Shown here: positions 1 to 12,600 of the stretch, piece after piece | How the letters are laid out: every line of letters starts with the position of its first letter | How positions within the stretch are numbered: position 1 is the first letter of the stretch | DNA from: Paraspadella gotoi | Lineage: Eukaryota > Animalia > Chaetognatha | DNA length: 64,000 nt | Direction of reading: 5' to 3' | NCBI GenBank assembly: GCA_051294375.1 | Contig: CM119263.1 | Location: 3,410,593-3,474,592 of the forward strand | Translations under genes and position numbers: made by a program | The notes under the pieces: model-generated | What the model saw: the letters and a program-made list of their open reading frames with translations, nothing else | What the model was told of the DNA's origin: nothing | The model's database searches: none

Positions 1-1042
1 AGGGGAGAGAATATTCGCTGCGGGGAGGATTTATAAATTGTGGAAGAATTTAAGAGAATTGGACTTTTGAAGGGAAAGTATGGACCTTCCTTCTTTGACT
101 GCCAAAAACGTTAATTGACAACGCGTGTAATTTATTTAAATAAAACAGATTATGCATTTATTTTCGTTTGTGTACAGACTGTAATTTTGTATAATTAATT
201 TTTGTATTTGTCTCCTGTTTACGTGTTTAGTTGTAAAACGTTATGATATTGTTTCTACAATTTGTATATTTGTTTCGATGTGAACTTGTTAAAAATACAA
301 TTAAACATTGTTTTGGGTCCGATTCTGTTGACTTTTCTATACAATTTTTATTAAAAATTCATTTGTTTGCGATTTCACGCTGGACGGTAAAATACCACCA
401 ACTCTTTCGCTACAAAGAACGACTTGAAAGGTTTGGGTGGTTTTGAAATATTTCGCGAGTAAAGTCTAATAAAACTAAGAACAACCGAAAGTTTTGTTTG
501 ATTATAAAACCTTTTTTCAAATATGAAGAAAAGATTTAAATTTGAGGGTGAGAATGAAGATGATGATGACGATGATGATGATAAGCAAGCATAAGCATAA
601 GCAAGCATGTTAGAACAATGAAAGACTTGGCCATCTAATAGAAATCCAACAGATTGCCCAAAGCTAAGGTAGCTTATACAATCTCTGTTTTAGTTTTACT
701 CTTACATTAGGATTCAAAAGTATAAAAATAATTGAGTTTATTCCCTCTTTTCCTATAAAATAAAACAAGCAGACGAAAGGAAAAGAAGCAAACAAAAAAC
801 AAAAAAACAAAAAACAAAAAACAAAACAATCAAATAAACGAAAGAACTAATAAGCTACACACAAAAAACAGAAACGCTGGCGTTCTTGATCCGTCCTGAG
901 GTTTGATTTACTTCCGTCGTCCCTGAACGCGGGATCCGCCGCTGCCTCGACTCCCGACCTTCCCCTTAAGGTGAGACAACTGTTCTCCAACAGGAAGACA
1001 TAAATCCCGAACGCGCCGCCCAAGACGAGGATAACCAGTTCA

Positions 1043-1168
1043 TTAAGATCGATCTTATTAAGATCTTATTAAGATCTTATTAGGTTCTTAATAAGATCTT
1101 ATTAGGATTTTATTAGGATCTTATTAAGATCTTATTAGGATCTAATTAAGATCTTATTAAGATCGATC
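1043..1168. repeat. Tandem array of an 11-bp unit (TAAGATCTTAT) with a palindromic core, bounded by GATCGATC
   Basis: About 10 slightly variant copies read directly. TAAGATCTTA is self-complementary. GATCGATC occurs at about 1047 and 1161. Confidence 0.9.
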
Positions 1169-1335
1169 GGGATTGATTCTCATTAGCGCTTTTGTTCCCT
1201 TCGCTAAAAAAAAAGAAAGAAAGAATAAAAAGAAAAAATGAAGAGATTCAAATCTTTAACTTTGAATCTCACGCATCCTTTCCCAACCTCAATTTCATTC
1301 ACTGTCACCCCACGTGAATTTCCCAATTGGTCATT

Positions 1336-1338
<3 letters not shown>

Positions 1339-1426
<88 letters not shown>
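1339..1426. repeat. (CT)n microsatellite
   Basis: Read directly. Similar (CT)/(AG) tracts occur at 4148-4245, 5255-5335, 36708-36802, 43535-43613, 47913-48070, 52050-52165 and 57310-57402. Confidence 0.95.
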
Positions 1427-1431
<5 letters not shown>

Positions 1432-2054
1432 TTCACGACGGACGAATAACAATCACATTTGTCGGCGCCTCACGATCCCCGAGCGAGAGTTTTAACAAAC
1501 GAAAAAAACTAAGAGTTTTTTTTATTAATAAAAATGCTATAAGGGTCAGAAATGAGAGGTAACTGCGCAATAGTAACCTTTGATATTCCTTTAATATTTT
1601 GCTATTTTTATCCTGGAATTTTTTGGTGTGGAGATAATTGTCGTTTTGTTTATTTTATTTTAAATTTTGTTTATTGATTTTTAGTTTTGTATTTTTTTTG
1701 TTTTGTCCTTTCTTTCTATGGATTTGACTAAATACTGTCGGGAAGAAACTTTAGTATTAAGTTTAAAAAATTAAACTAACTAATTATGACTGACCGGGAA
1801 ACGGCGGACGAGGCGCGAAGTCGAAGCTTGTCTAAAATGTCTATGTCTCTAACTTTCCATGTATCTCTGTCAGGTTCACCACCTCCTCTTCCTCCTCCTC
1901 CTCCTCCTCCTCCTCCTCCTCCTCCTCCCCCCCACCTTCTTCTTTGACATTTGGAGTCTTAACGCAGAAAAACCGTCAAAAACGAGAGAAGACGAATCAG
2001 TTCTTTTCCTCTTTTGATTGAAGGATCAAAAACAAGAAGAAGATACTTTTTTTT

Positions 2055-2165
2055 AAGGGGAGATGCTTTTGTAAAGGGGTGCGGGTTTTTTCGGGGAGAG
2101 AAGCTGTTTGTTAGGGGAGAGGCTTTTTCTAAGGGGAGAGGCTTTTTTAAGGGGAGAGGTTTTTC
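2055..2165. repeat. Short minisatellite of about 18-20 bp (AAGGGGAGAGGCTTTTTT-like)
   Basis: About 6 degenerate copies read directly; echoed at about 6060-6180. Confidence 0.7.
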
Positions 2166-2950
2166 CTAAAAAATGTTGAAAGGACGAAATAAAATTAAAT
2201 TAAATTTTTTGGGAAAAAAATATATGAATAACAAGATTTTTTTTTAATAGAATAGAAAGGAAAAAAAGGGGAAAGTGTCCTTTGGCGGGAAAAAAAGAAT
2301 AGGACTTAATCGGGTTTAGTTTAAAAAAAAAATAATCAAGGAGTGGAATTAAGGAAGGATTATTTAAAAAATGTTTTAGTGTTTAAATGCGCAAAAATTG
2401 GTAAATCTTTGATGAGCTCATGAGCCTATGGGTTAATTATTAAAGATAAAAGTAGGAAATATTATGCTTTCAAGAAAAACGATTATGTATTGTCTATTCT
2501 ATATATTTGTATGCTATAAGATTAGGAGAGAGAAAAAGAGAGAGAGAAAGAGAGTCCAAGATCACGTCACCTGAGAGTTTTTTTCAGAAACTATGTCACG
2601 ATTTTGTCTCACAACTTTTAAAAAACAAATATTAGTTCTTTTTAATTTTTGTTAGATCTTTTCTATTTTATATCCTCAAAGTAAACTAATATTTCTCACA
2701 TTCTTGTCGATATTACTTCTTATGATAACAATTTATTGAAATATAATATAATATTTTAAAGAATTAAATAAAATACTGTAATAAAAAGCAGAAGATATTT
2801 AGCGGACTGTTTGGAATATAATTAGTGACATTCATTTTATATTTTTATTATATAGTTATATTTAAAACAAAGACTTTCAGTAACGATATTAAAATATAGA
2901 AAATAAGGTTTTTCCCGAGAAATAAAGACAGACAAGATTCCAGAGTAGAT

Positions 2951-3389
2951 ACAGATGAATTATAAATGAGGGCAGATTAATCTAAGGCCTCGAATTATGA
3001 ATGAAGGTAGCTGAATTTAAGGCTTCAAATTATGAATAAGGGCATCTGATTTTAAGGCCTCTAATTATGAATGAGGGCAGATGAAATTAAGGCCTCGAAT
3101 TATAAATGAGGGCAGATGAATTTAAGGCCTCAAATTGATGATGAGAGGCAGATGAATTTAAGGGCCTCAATCTAAATGAGCAGCATAGTTTAGCTTTCAA
3201 ATATGATGAAGGCAGATGAATTTAAGGCCACGAACTTATAACATGAGGCAGATGGAAAACTTTTAAGGCCTCGAATTATATCAAATGAGGAGAAGACCAG
3301 CATGAATTTAAGGCCTCGAATTATAAATGAGGGCAGATGAAATTAAAGGCCTCGAATTATAAATGAGGGCAGATGAATTTAAGGCCTCG
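2951..3389. repeat. 35-bp minisatellite (consensus ATAAATGAGGGCAGATGAATTTAAGGCCTCGAATT), about 12 copies
   Basis: Head-to-tail units with no unique spacers. The array recurs in the duplicated block at about 7005-7289. Confidence 0.92.
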
Positions 3390-4151
3390 GGCCAAGAGAA
3401 GGACGCGCGCCTTGAAAGGAAAACGTCTTCACGAAGCTCTTTCCTGTTTGGAATGTGAAATACTTGTCAGAATACTTGAACATTTTTATTATCAATTGTC
3501 CAACTTTTTTTTTCACTTTAAGTACATTAAGTACCCGTTTTATTTTCTTCTAATCTGTCGGTTTTATGTCTCCGTTAAAATTATAGAAACGTTGACCCCC
3601 GACATTAGAGAGAGACACGCGGCTAAGGAATTCCATGAAATATTTATTATTCTAAATTCTTAATGTTTATTTTTAGTCTTTGGTTTAATTGGATAAACAG
3701 GTAGAGGGGGCTACCGGGAGAGCGATTAAAGTGACAGATTAGAACGAAGGCAAGATAGAGGAAATAAATTGTGTGATTCAAGAAAAAATGTAATTATTTA
3801 TTTAAGAAGAAAGTAGTATTACTAACACTATTAGTATATATTAGTATATACTATTAGGAAGTCATATGAATTAAAAAGAGAAAAATAAAGACAGAAACGT
3901 GGAGGTAGAGTTGTATTGAAATTCAATAAATGATCCTAAAATATTAATATTGCAAAAATACTTTGCATTTTTCATATTAATATGCCTCTTGGAGGAATCA
4001 TTCTACAACCGCTAACGCAGGCGCTCAACTCGTCTCGCTCCGGTTACGCGCATGCGCAGTTTTTTCCTCACGACTCACGAGACGCGTTCGAGGTCGAGAA
4101 ACTTTTTTCTGTGAAAAATGATGGAGAGAAGAAGAGATGCCGATATGAGAG

Positions 4152-4196
<45 letters not shown>

Positions 4197-4213
4197 AGAG
4201 AGAGAGAAGAGAG

Positions 4214-4245
<32 letters not shown>

Positions 4246-5254
4246 TGTGAAATGTTGAATTGTTGATTCCATATACTTGAATTAATGACATTCGATATTT
4301 TCCACTCACTTCAAAGATCGCAATTTCCGAGTTTTTCACTTTTCACATCTCACATCTTATGTTCACTCGACTCAGCATTTTGACTCCAAACACGAAACCG
4401 AATGACTAATGATTCCATTCGACTTCACGACCTTCTTCGTTCAAGAGAAGAACTCACTTTTTCGTGATGTGAGAAACTTCACTTTCCCGGAAGAGAAAAC
4501 CTCACTTTCATTGAAGCGAGTCTTTCACTCTTTTTCGAAGTGAGGGTCGAACTTTCATCAAAATGGAGGCCAATAATTTTATTAAAAAGAAGACTTTAAC
4601 TTTTGGAATAGAATTAGAAAAGAGCTCACCTTTTACCTAAAAAATGACTTCATCATTTACAGAAAAGAGCACCTACTTTCACCTATTAGAAAACCTAACT
4701 TTCACGAAAGATAGGACCTCACGTTTCCCTCTCTTAACCTGCCTTTGACAAAACGATCTTCCGGAGACTCTTCACCCGACTCCATTTATTTTCCGGGATC
4801 TAACTCCCTTCCGTCCACCGAGCCTCCCCCCCTTTCTTTCCCCCTTTCTCCCCTCTCCCCTTATTTCTCTTCGTCCAGGATTCTCTCCTCTCAATTTTCT
4901 CTTTTTTTTCTTTCCTCCCTTTTCTTCTTCCCCCTTCCTCCTCTTCCTCCCCCTCTCCTCCTCCTCCTTCTCCCCTCTACCCTCTACCGTTCCTCATCCT
5001 CTCCCTCTATCTTCTCCTCTTCCCATTTCCTCCTCTTTATCCCCCTCTCCTCCTCCTATTCCTCTCCCGATACCGGATCTGTGAATCGATGATAAATGGT
5101 TTCCCTCGTTTTCTCTTTTGCCCTCCGCCGAAACCTTGCTCTGTTGTCGTCGTTGTTGTCGTCGTTGTCGTCGTTGTGGTCCTCGTTTTACAGTCGCAGT
5201 TGCCATTGATCCAAACGTCAAGGGTCGTAATAAATGGCACAAAGTCATTTATCC

Positions 5255-5268
5255 TCTCTCTCTCTTCT

Positions 5269-5306
<38 letters not shown>

Positions 5307-8300
5307 CTCTACTCTCTCTCTTCTCTCTCTCTCTTCTCATAATTCCACGACGACGAACATAACAATCACATTTTGCTGCGGCGCCTATCACGTCCCCAGA
5401 GGCGAGGGAGTTTTAACAAACGAAAAAACAAAAACTAAGGCAGTTTCTTTTTCTATTTATTAATAAAAATGCTATAAAGGGTCAGAAATAAGCAGTGATG
5501 CGTAAAACTGCGCCAATAGTAACGCGTTTGATATTCCTCTTAATATTTTTAGCTATTTTTATCCTAGGAATTTCTGGTGTGGAGATAATTGTGCGTTTTG
5601 TTTATTTATTATTTAAAAATTTTGTTTATGAGTTTTAGATTTGTATATATTTTTTTGTTTTTGTCCTTTCTTTCTATGGGATTTGACTAAATACTGTCGG
5701 AAGTAAGCTTTAGATTAAGTTTAAAAAATTAAACTAACTTAATTATGACTGACCGGGAAACGGCGGACGAGGCGCGAGAGTCGAACGCTTGTGTCTAAAT
5801 ATGTTCTATGTCTCTAACTATTCCATGTATCCTCTGGTCAGAGCTTCACCACCCTCCTACTTCCTCCATCCCTCCTCCCTCCCTCCTCCTCTTCTCCCCC
5901 CAACCTTCTCTCTTGACATTTTGGCGCTTGGACTCTCTCTTAACGCAGAGAAAAAAAACCGTCAAAAAACGAGGAGAAAACGACGAAATCAGTTCTTTTC
6001 CTCTTTTGAGTATTATCGCGAGAGGCGCATAATCAAAACAAGAAGACAGATATACTTTTTTTTAACGGCGGAGATGCTTTTGTAAAGGGGTGCGGGTGTT
6101 CGGGGGGAGAGGAAGTGTTTGTAGGGAGAGGCTCTTTTTCTAAAAGCGGGAGAGGCTTTTTTTAAGGGCGAGAGGTTTTCCTAAAAAATTGAGATGAAAG
6201 GACCGAAATAAAATTAAATTAAATTCTTTGCGGGAAAAAACTATATGGATAACAACGATTTTTTTTAATAATAGAATAGAAAGGAAAAAAAGAGGGAAAG
6301 GTCCTTTGGCGGGAAAAAAAGAATAGGACTTAATCGGGTTTAGTTTAAAAAAAAAATAATCAGGAGTGGAATTAAGGAAGGATATTTTAAAAAAAATTGT
6401 TTAGTGTTTAAATGCGCAAAAATTGGTAAATCTTTATGAGCTCATGAGCCTATGGGCGTTTAATTATTATAAGATAAAAGTAGCGCAAATATTATGCCTT
6501 TCAAGAAAACGTTATGTATTGTTATTCTATATATTTGTTGATGCATAAGTTATTAGGAGAGGAGAAAAAAGAAGAGGAGAGAGAGAAGGTCAAGAATCAC
6601 AGTCACCTGCAGAGTTTTTTTCAAGTAAACTATGTTTCACGAATTTTGTCTTCACAACTTTTTAAAAAACAAAATATTAGTTCTTTTTAATATTTTTTGT
6701 TAGATCTTTTTCTATTATATCTTCAAAGTAAACTAATATTTCTCACATTCTTGTCGATATAACTTCTTATGAAAGCAATTATGAAATATATATATAATAT
6801 TTTAAAGAACTTAATAAAATACTGTAATAAAAAGCAGAAGAATATTTAGCGGACTGTTTGAATGTTAATAATTAGTGACATTCATTATTATATTTTATTA
6901 TATAGCTTATATTTAAAACAAAGACTTTCAAAGTAACGATATTATAATATAGAAAATAACGGTTTTCCCGAGAATAAAGAACAGACAAGATTCCAGAGTA
7001 GATACAGAATGAATTATAAAGGGGCAGATTAATCTAAGCTCGATTATGAATTATGAATGAGGTTAACTGAAATTTAAGGCTTCAATTATGAATAAGGGCA
7101 TCTTGATTTTAAGGCCTCTAATTATGAATGATGGGCAGATGAAAATCTAAGGCCTCGAATTATAAATGAGGGCAGATGTAATTTAAGGGCCTCAAATTAT
7201 GAACTGAAGGCAGATCGATTAGCTTCAATTTAATAGGGCAGAGAATCTAAGGCCCGAATTATAAATGAGGCAGATGAATTTAAGGCTCAAGATCACAAAA
7301 CGAACAAGTGGCGCGGTTCGACATTCCCTGTCGTACGATTTTTATAGGAGTGAGCCGGCCATGTATGAAACAACTGTTCGTACACCATGGTCGCCTCGAA
7401 ATTTATTATCGAAACCATCTTCTCAGGGCACGATGAATTTAACTTTATGGGGCAGTAAAATCTCAGACTTCAGTGAACTGACTGGACGGAAAACGGACAG
7501 CTCCGAGTGATTTAGAATCCTCGCGGTCGCATTCGCCTTATTAAAGCGTCGGAAAGACCGTCTCGCAGTCTTCATAGACATGAGCGACGGCGAGCGTCGA
7601 TCTCGAATTTGGACACGCCGGGCCGTTCGCGGGGCCTTCCAGAAGGAGCGCTGACCTCTAATGGGGGCTGCACGCGCGGGCACCATTAGAGAGCACAGGG
7701 GGAACAACGTCGTCTCTCACGTCAAGACAGAAAGTTCTCGGCTTTCCACTGTGCTTGACCCTGGTCGCACTTGATCCAATCTCACGAGGACGACAACTCG
7801 CTGTCAGAATACCCACGGCTCGTGAACAATTACGAGATATTATCAAATTAGTCGCTACACTTTTTTTTTGTGGCCACTTTCAAGTAGCCACATTAAGGTA
7901 TCCTCGCTTTCCTAATTTTACATATGCTAATCTGTCGGTTTGTAGGTGGTAACTCCTCGGATTTAACGGGAATTATAGAGTCAGATATACGTTGGAACCC
8001 CGGGCAGGAACCGACGAACTTACACCGAGGAGAGACTAGCGCGAGAAAGACGAGGAGAAGCGAAATAAAAACAGGATGGCCGCATTCGAATCACTCACTA
8101 TTGACCAAAATATTAATATATAAAACTATTCATAACACTCTCTCCTGACGGCTTAATGTCTCATGTGTTTACGTCTTTCGGTTTGTTAATTGTCCGAGCA
8201 GGCGATGAAACAGGGTTAGGAGGGGGGCTACCTGGAAGGGGGGAATCAGGGAATCCCCCCTCGGTCCGGCACGCGCCGCCGCTTTCCCCCTACAAGAGCA

Positions 8301-11300
8301 GAGAGCGATTTAAGCGCGGTTCCATGTCAGCCCCTATGTGACCAGCCCATGTCATAGCGATTTGTGAGAACGAAGGCAACCGAGGACCATAGAGGAAATA
8401 CACTTTTTAGGTATAGTGCTGATTCAAGAAAAAAAGTCGCCTAAGTGTAATATTAGTGTTAAGCTTGAGAACACGACCACAAGTCAGGTTATACTATTAC
8501 ACTTATTAGTATTATTCCTATTGAGTAGTTACTACTATGGATAAAAATCGCAAAGGAGATTCTAGGAGAGGAGCTCGTATGAAATTAAGAGAAAGGAGAA
8601 AAATAAAGACAGAAAGGTGGAATAACGATCGACTAAGAATGCCGAACAAGGCCAATACCGAGTTGCGCTACTCATCGCAGAGCAATTCCGCGCACTAATC
8701 AAATCGCATCTCTTGTACTCGTAGGTGCGAGAGAGGGCCTCGAAGTGACCTTTGAATATTGCAAGGTTAGAATAGAGAGAGTACTGTGTGCGTTGGTCTC
8801 AGAATTGTTTCACGCTATTTGATGGTATCGTAATTACACGTGACCTGCCTGACCAACTGTGGAGGTAGATCTTCAGCATCTTCTCCGACGGACGGTTGCA
8901 CTCACACGCAGGGAGTCACGCGGGCGACATCGCGAGACACTCGCTCGCTTGCCTTGCTTAGACGAACGCCTGGGATTCTCGGCTGAAAGGCCGGGAGAAT
9001 GATAAAAAAATAAAAAATAGAAATTAAGAAAAAATATAAAACAAAACGACGATAACAAAATGTATTTTAGGTACCCTATTTCTCCCCTTTCCCTCCTTTC
9101 GGGCATTTCCGCCCTCAAGAACCTGAATATTGTAGCGTACAATCGAATCGCAGGGTCACAAGACTGTGAAAATCTGTTTATGCGCTGATCGCTCGTGTCT
9201 CGTTATCGTCGCTCACCAGCCAGCTCACGGGTAGTTGCACGCTCATCAGGAGGACTCGAGAGTGCACGAACAAAGAGCTGTGCTCTCTCCGTGTAGTAGA
9301 CACAAAGGTCAGGCTGTATCGCGAGGTGAGAGTCACTTCATCACTGTAAGAGAGAAATAGCATCGCACGATGAATAGAGATGGAAGAGAGGTGTTTGTCT
9401 TTGTAGAATTTGATGTTGTTTATCTGCACTAGTGATGATAGTAGCAAAGTTGATGAATTAATGTAAAGTAGTGATTAAACTCAAAAAGATTTTGATTTAA
9501 AAATAAATTAGAATAATTAAGAATAATAGTTAGTTTAAACTAAAAAAAATGAAAAAAAATGAAGATAGAGTGAAACAAAGTAATTTTTGCCAGTGGTGGC
9601 GGAATATTCACACCGCCTCACGTCCAGCAATCCTTCAGCCAAAATCCATTGGCTCAGGAGGGGAACACACCATCCCAGGCGTAGTGTTCCATCCACGAAG
9701 TCCTAAGGCATGATCCCTCTGCGTTGGCAAAGGACGATGATGAGAGAGACCGGTCCGAGAGAGAATGATAGGAGGTTAACGCGGGACCAGTGAGCGTAGG
9801 AATGCGGTCACTAAAGTCAAGCCCCAAACGAACATAGATCCCCATCCCAACATCACACAACCCGGCTGTTGCCTATGAGGTGGTGAGCCCTACGTATCGA
9901 ACCGCAACCTTGCTAGGGTACGCTACGGACAAACGAGCGACTATGCCCCTGAGCCGACATCAGGGGAGAAGGTGAGAACGCGAGCACAACGCCGACATAT
10001 GGGCCGCCTGGAGTCGTACGCTACGACAAACGGCCAAATATCCCCCAGACAAACTCGGCGCTCGTGGATACTCATCTCTCTCTCTCTGCCCACATGTAAC
10101 ATCTGCAGACACCTCTTCAGCTTGAAGGAACGACTGAGAGTGATGTCTTTGGACGCCGATGGGATCCGTGTGGCGGTTATTCACGACCGGACCTCACGAG
10201 TCCACAATCCTTCAGCCAAATCCATTGGCTCCAGAGGGAAGAGCACGACCATCCCAGGATGGCGTTATTTCCATCCACAGTCGCAAACAAAGAGATGTTC
10301 CCTAACAAGCGATTGGACGATGTTGGGCAAGACGAGAAAGACCGTGAGAGGCACGTAGGAGTGGTGGAACATTGTTTTGAATTGGGTTATAACCTGCGGC
10401 ACATGTGACTGGATGTGCCGTCACTGAGGGTCGGAATAAAGACCTCACTCTGCAAAGCCCATTACAGTGATAGAACATGTCCGATCTCCAATTTTGGTGC
10501 CATCTACGCAACACCTGGTTGAGATTGGCCGATGCGATTATCATTAAATCCTCGGATTTATAATTATCATCTTTGGTGTTCCTGTCACATCTCACGAATT
10601 AATCCTTTTACTACGATAATCCACTCGCAGAGAACTTTGTTCTGCTCACGTACATTATTGTGTACTCTGCAAACGAGCTCAAATGAGGTTTAACCTCAAT
10701 ATTATAATAGATAAATATTTTTTTCCAAAACGACTAGGCTCGGCGTAGCGCCCATTGTCTCGGGCTACGCGACTCGCGAATGTTTCCTCTACGCAGCTAC
10801 GTGTAACTACGCACCTTCTCAACTCCACAGTCTCACACGCGTGGCTGAAGAGATATCAGGAACGTTCTTTGCGTGATGTCTGTGAGAGGGATGAATAACT
10901 CTTGCACACCGGACTTGCTCCGGAATACACGAGCACACGATCGATCCAGGGCGTAGATGTTACTCTCTCGCATAGCGACTCTCGATGAGTCTCGTGTATG
11001 GCCCTCGTGTATTGTGGCGGTGAGACGGAGAGGCTCGCGGGTCTGCACGCATCCGTAAGTGTGTGCGAGATACAGATCGTGTGAGGATCGTAAGTATTTC
11101 TAGCGGTGTCGACGCGACGCGGCAGAGCTTGGGCGATAGAGAGGCGTGGATAGATTCTACTAAGGCGCGCACATCTACCTTAAGCTGTTTGGAATAAGTC
11201 ATATTGTAGAAGACCGACGACTGCGAGCCCTTCGTTGTTTACGCAGTGAGAGACAAAAGAAGACTTATCATCACTCGTTCTATATCACTGTAAAATGGTT

Positions 11301-12600
11301 CTAGCCACGATCCAACTGTGCTTTTACCATAAAAACTCAACCTCCATGCGTGAGTGAATCATGACTATTACAGCCCGACAAAAGCTCTTAACGAGTTCTC
11401 ACTCTGACTAACGTAATTGATGACCTCTTTCATCTCGCTTCGAATCTTTGACCCTATTGACCACTCTCGCCTGTCAATTGGACACGCATTACACCTGGGT
11501 GAACCGATAAACGCACTCCTTCCTACGCACTCTTGGAGAAGCGAAGCTTAGACTGGCAATATTTTTCCCGATATTCGTTTTTCTTTCTCGGATCCCTCTG
11601 CTACCTCGGCGGCCGGACGGGGTCCATTTATTTCCGGGATCTAACTCCCTCGTCCACCGAGGGCCTGTAAACCAAAAAGCGTTACTTTGGAGGTCGTTGC
11701 ACCCCACCCGCTTTCATCGTACAATCGCTCCTCCTTAAAGCCTGCTCATCAGCGAGCTGCACTCACTGCACGCTTCGAAGCAATCTGCTACCGTGTCAAG
11801 ATTCCAGGATTCTACCTTTTGTTTGCCGGACGCTCAAGACAGCTTGTACCCCCTCTTCGATAATTTCTGTTCTTGTTCCAATATATTCTTTCTTGATTTG
11901 TATGCAGCATCGGAACCGTCTAAATGACCTGCTCTCGCTTAACAGCGTGGTCCGTACCCACACAACTCGATCAATTTAACGCGATTTCACCTTTCGCCCA
12001 GTGTCTTTCTCCCGATCTTCTCTATCCTGAGGAATTTGGCATGACTCTTAGTGAAGATTATAGTGCTCCTCCTCGTACTTACCCCTATCTTCAGTTTCTT
12101 TTGAAAAAAATTGTTCTACCCTCTACCGAATAGCATTCCTTAATCACCAATAATAACTAAACTTATAACCCGCTCTAAACTCTGCGATATTCCTTTCTCC
12201 TCTTCCTCATTTCCTCCATCTTTACTCCCCCCTTCATACACTTTATACCCTCTCGACCACGATGAGGTCCGAGTTCTATCGATTGGATCTTCGCGCGCCG
12301 ACGGAGGTGACCCTCTTCGCCAGGCTCTGTGTCTGAGAGTCAGAACTTAGAACGTGAAAACTCTGGTGACGCTCGGCTTCCCATCTCGTTTAGCTCCGGC
12401 CGCCGGCCCCGGACGTCGTCATCTTTGCGGCCGACCTCGCGAGACAAAGGCGAAACCTTGTACCAATGTTGCCTCCTGGTTGTCGATGTTCCATCTGCTC
12501 TGTCCGGCTCCGTCCGCCGTCTGGCTCGGTTCCGTTGTCGGTCTCTCATCGTACTCTATACTTAGTCGCGACATTGTTGCCATTGATTCCAAACGTCAAG
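5255..12600 (+). repeat. Second, progressively degraded copy of 1340-5250
   Basis: Recognisable with small indels to about 7290, then stretched by heavy insertions with anchors still in order: 'taatctgtcggttt' (3551 vs 7928), 'aaaataaagacagaaa' (3883 vs 8600), 'tttccgggatctaactccct' (4790 vs 11631) and 'tgccattgat.ccaaacgtcaag' (5201 vs 12578). Confidence 0.8.

Larger units (their letters stand above)
1340..5250 (+). repeat. About 3.9-kb block, copy 1 of a tandem duplication (copy 2 starts near 5255)
   Basis: Shared anchors: 'ttatgactgaccgggaaacggcggacgaggcgcga' at about 1783 and 5743, 'gaataggacttaatcgggtttagtt' at about 2297 and 6321, and 'gacaagattccagagtagatacaga' at about 2931 and 6984. 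Confidence 0.9.

Noticed and set aside
870-1041. GC-richer patch as a coding exon
   Set aside because: All plus frames stop early, and the open minus frame has no start, clear splice sites or recognisable motif.
2951-3389. CRISPR array (35-bp repeats)
   Set aside because: The units are contiguous with no unique spacers, there are no cas genes, and the context is an intron-containing animal genome. It is a minisatellite.
1238-6085. ORFs rich in SLSLSL, ERERER or poly-V/T, here and throughout the window
   Set aside because: They are translations of (CT)n, (AG)n and (GTT)n microsatellites.
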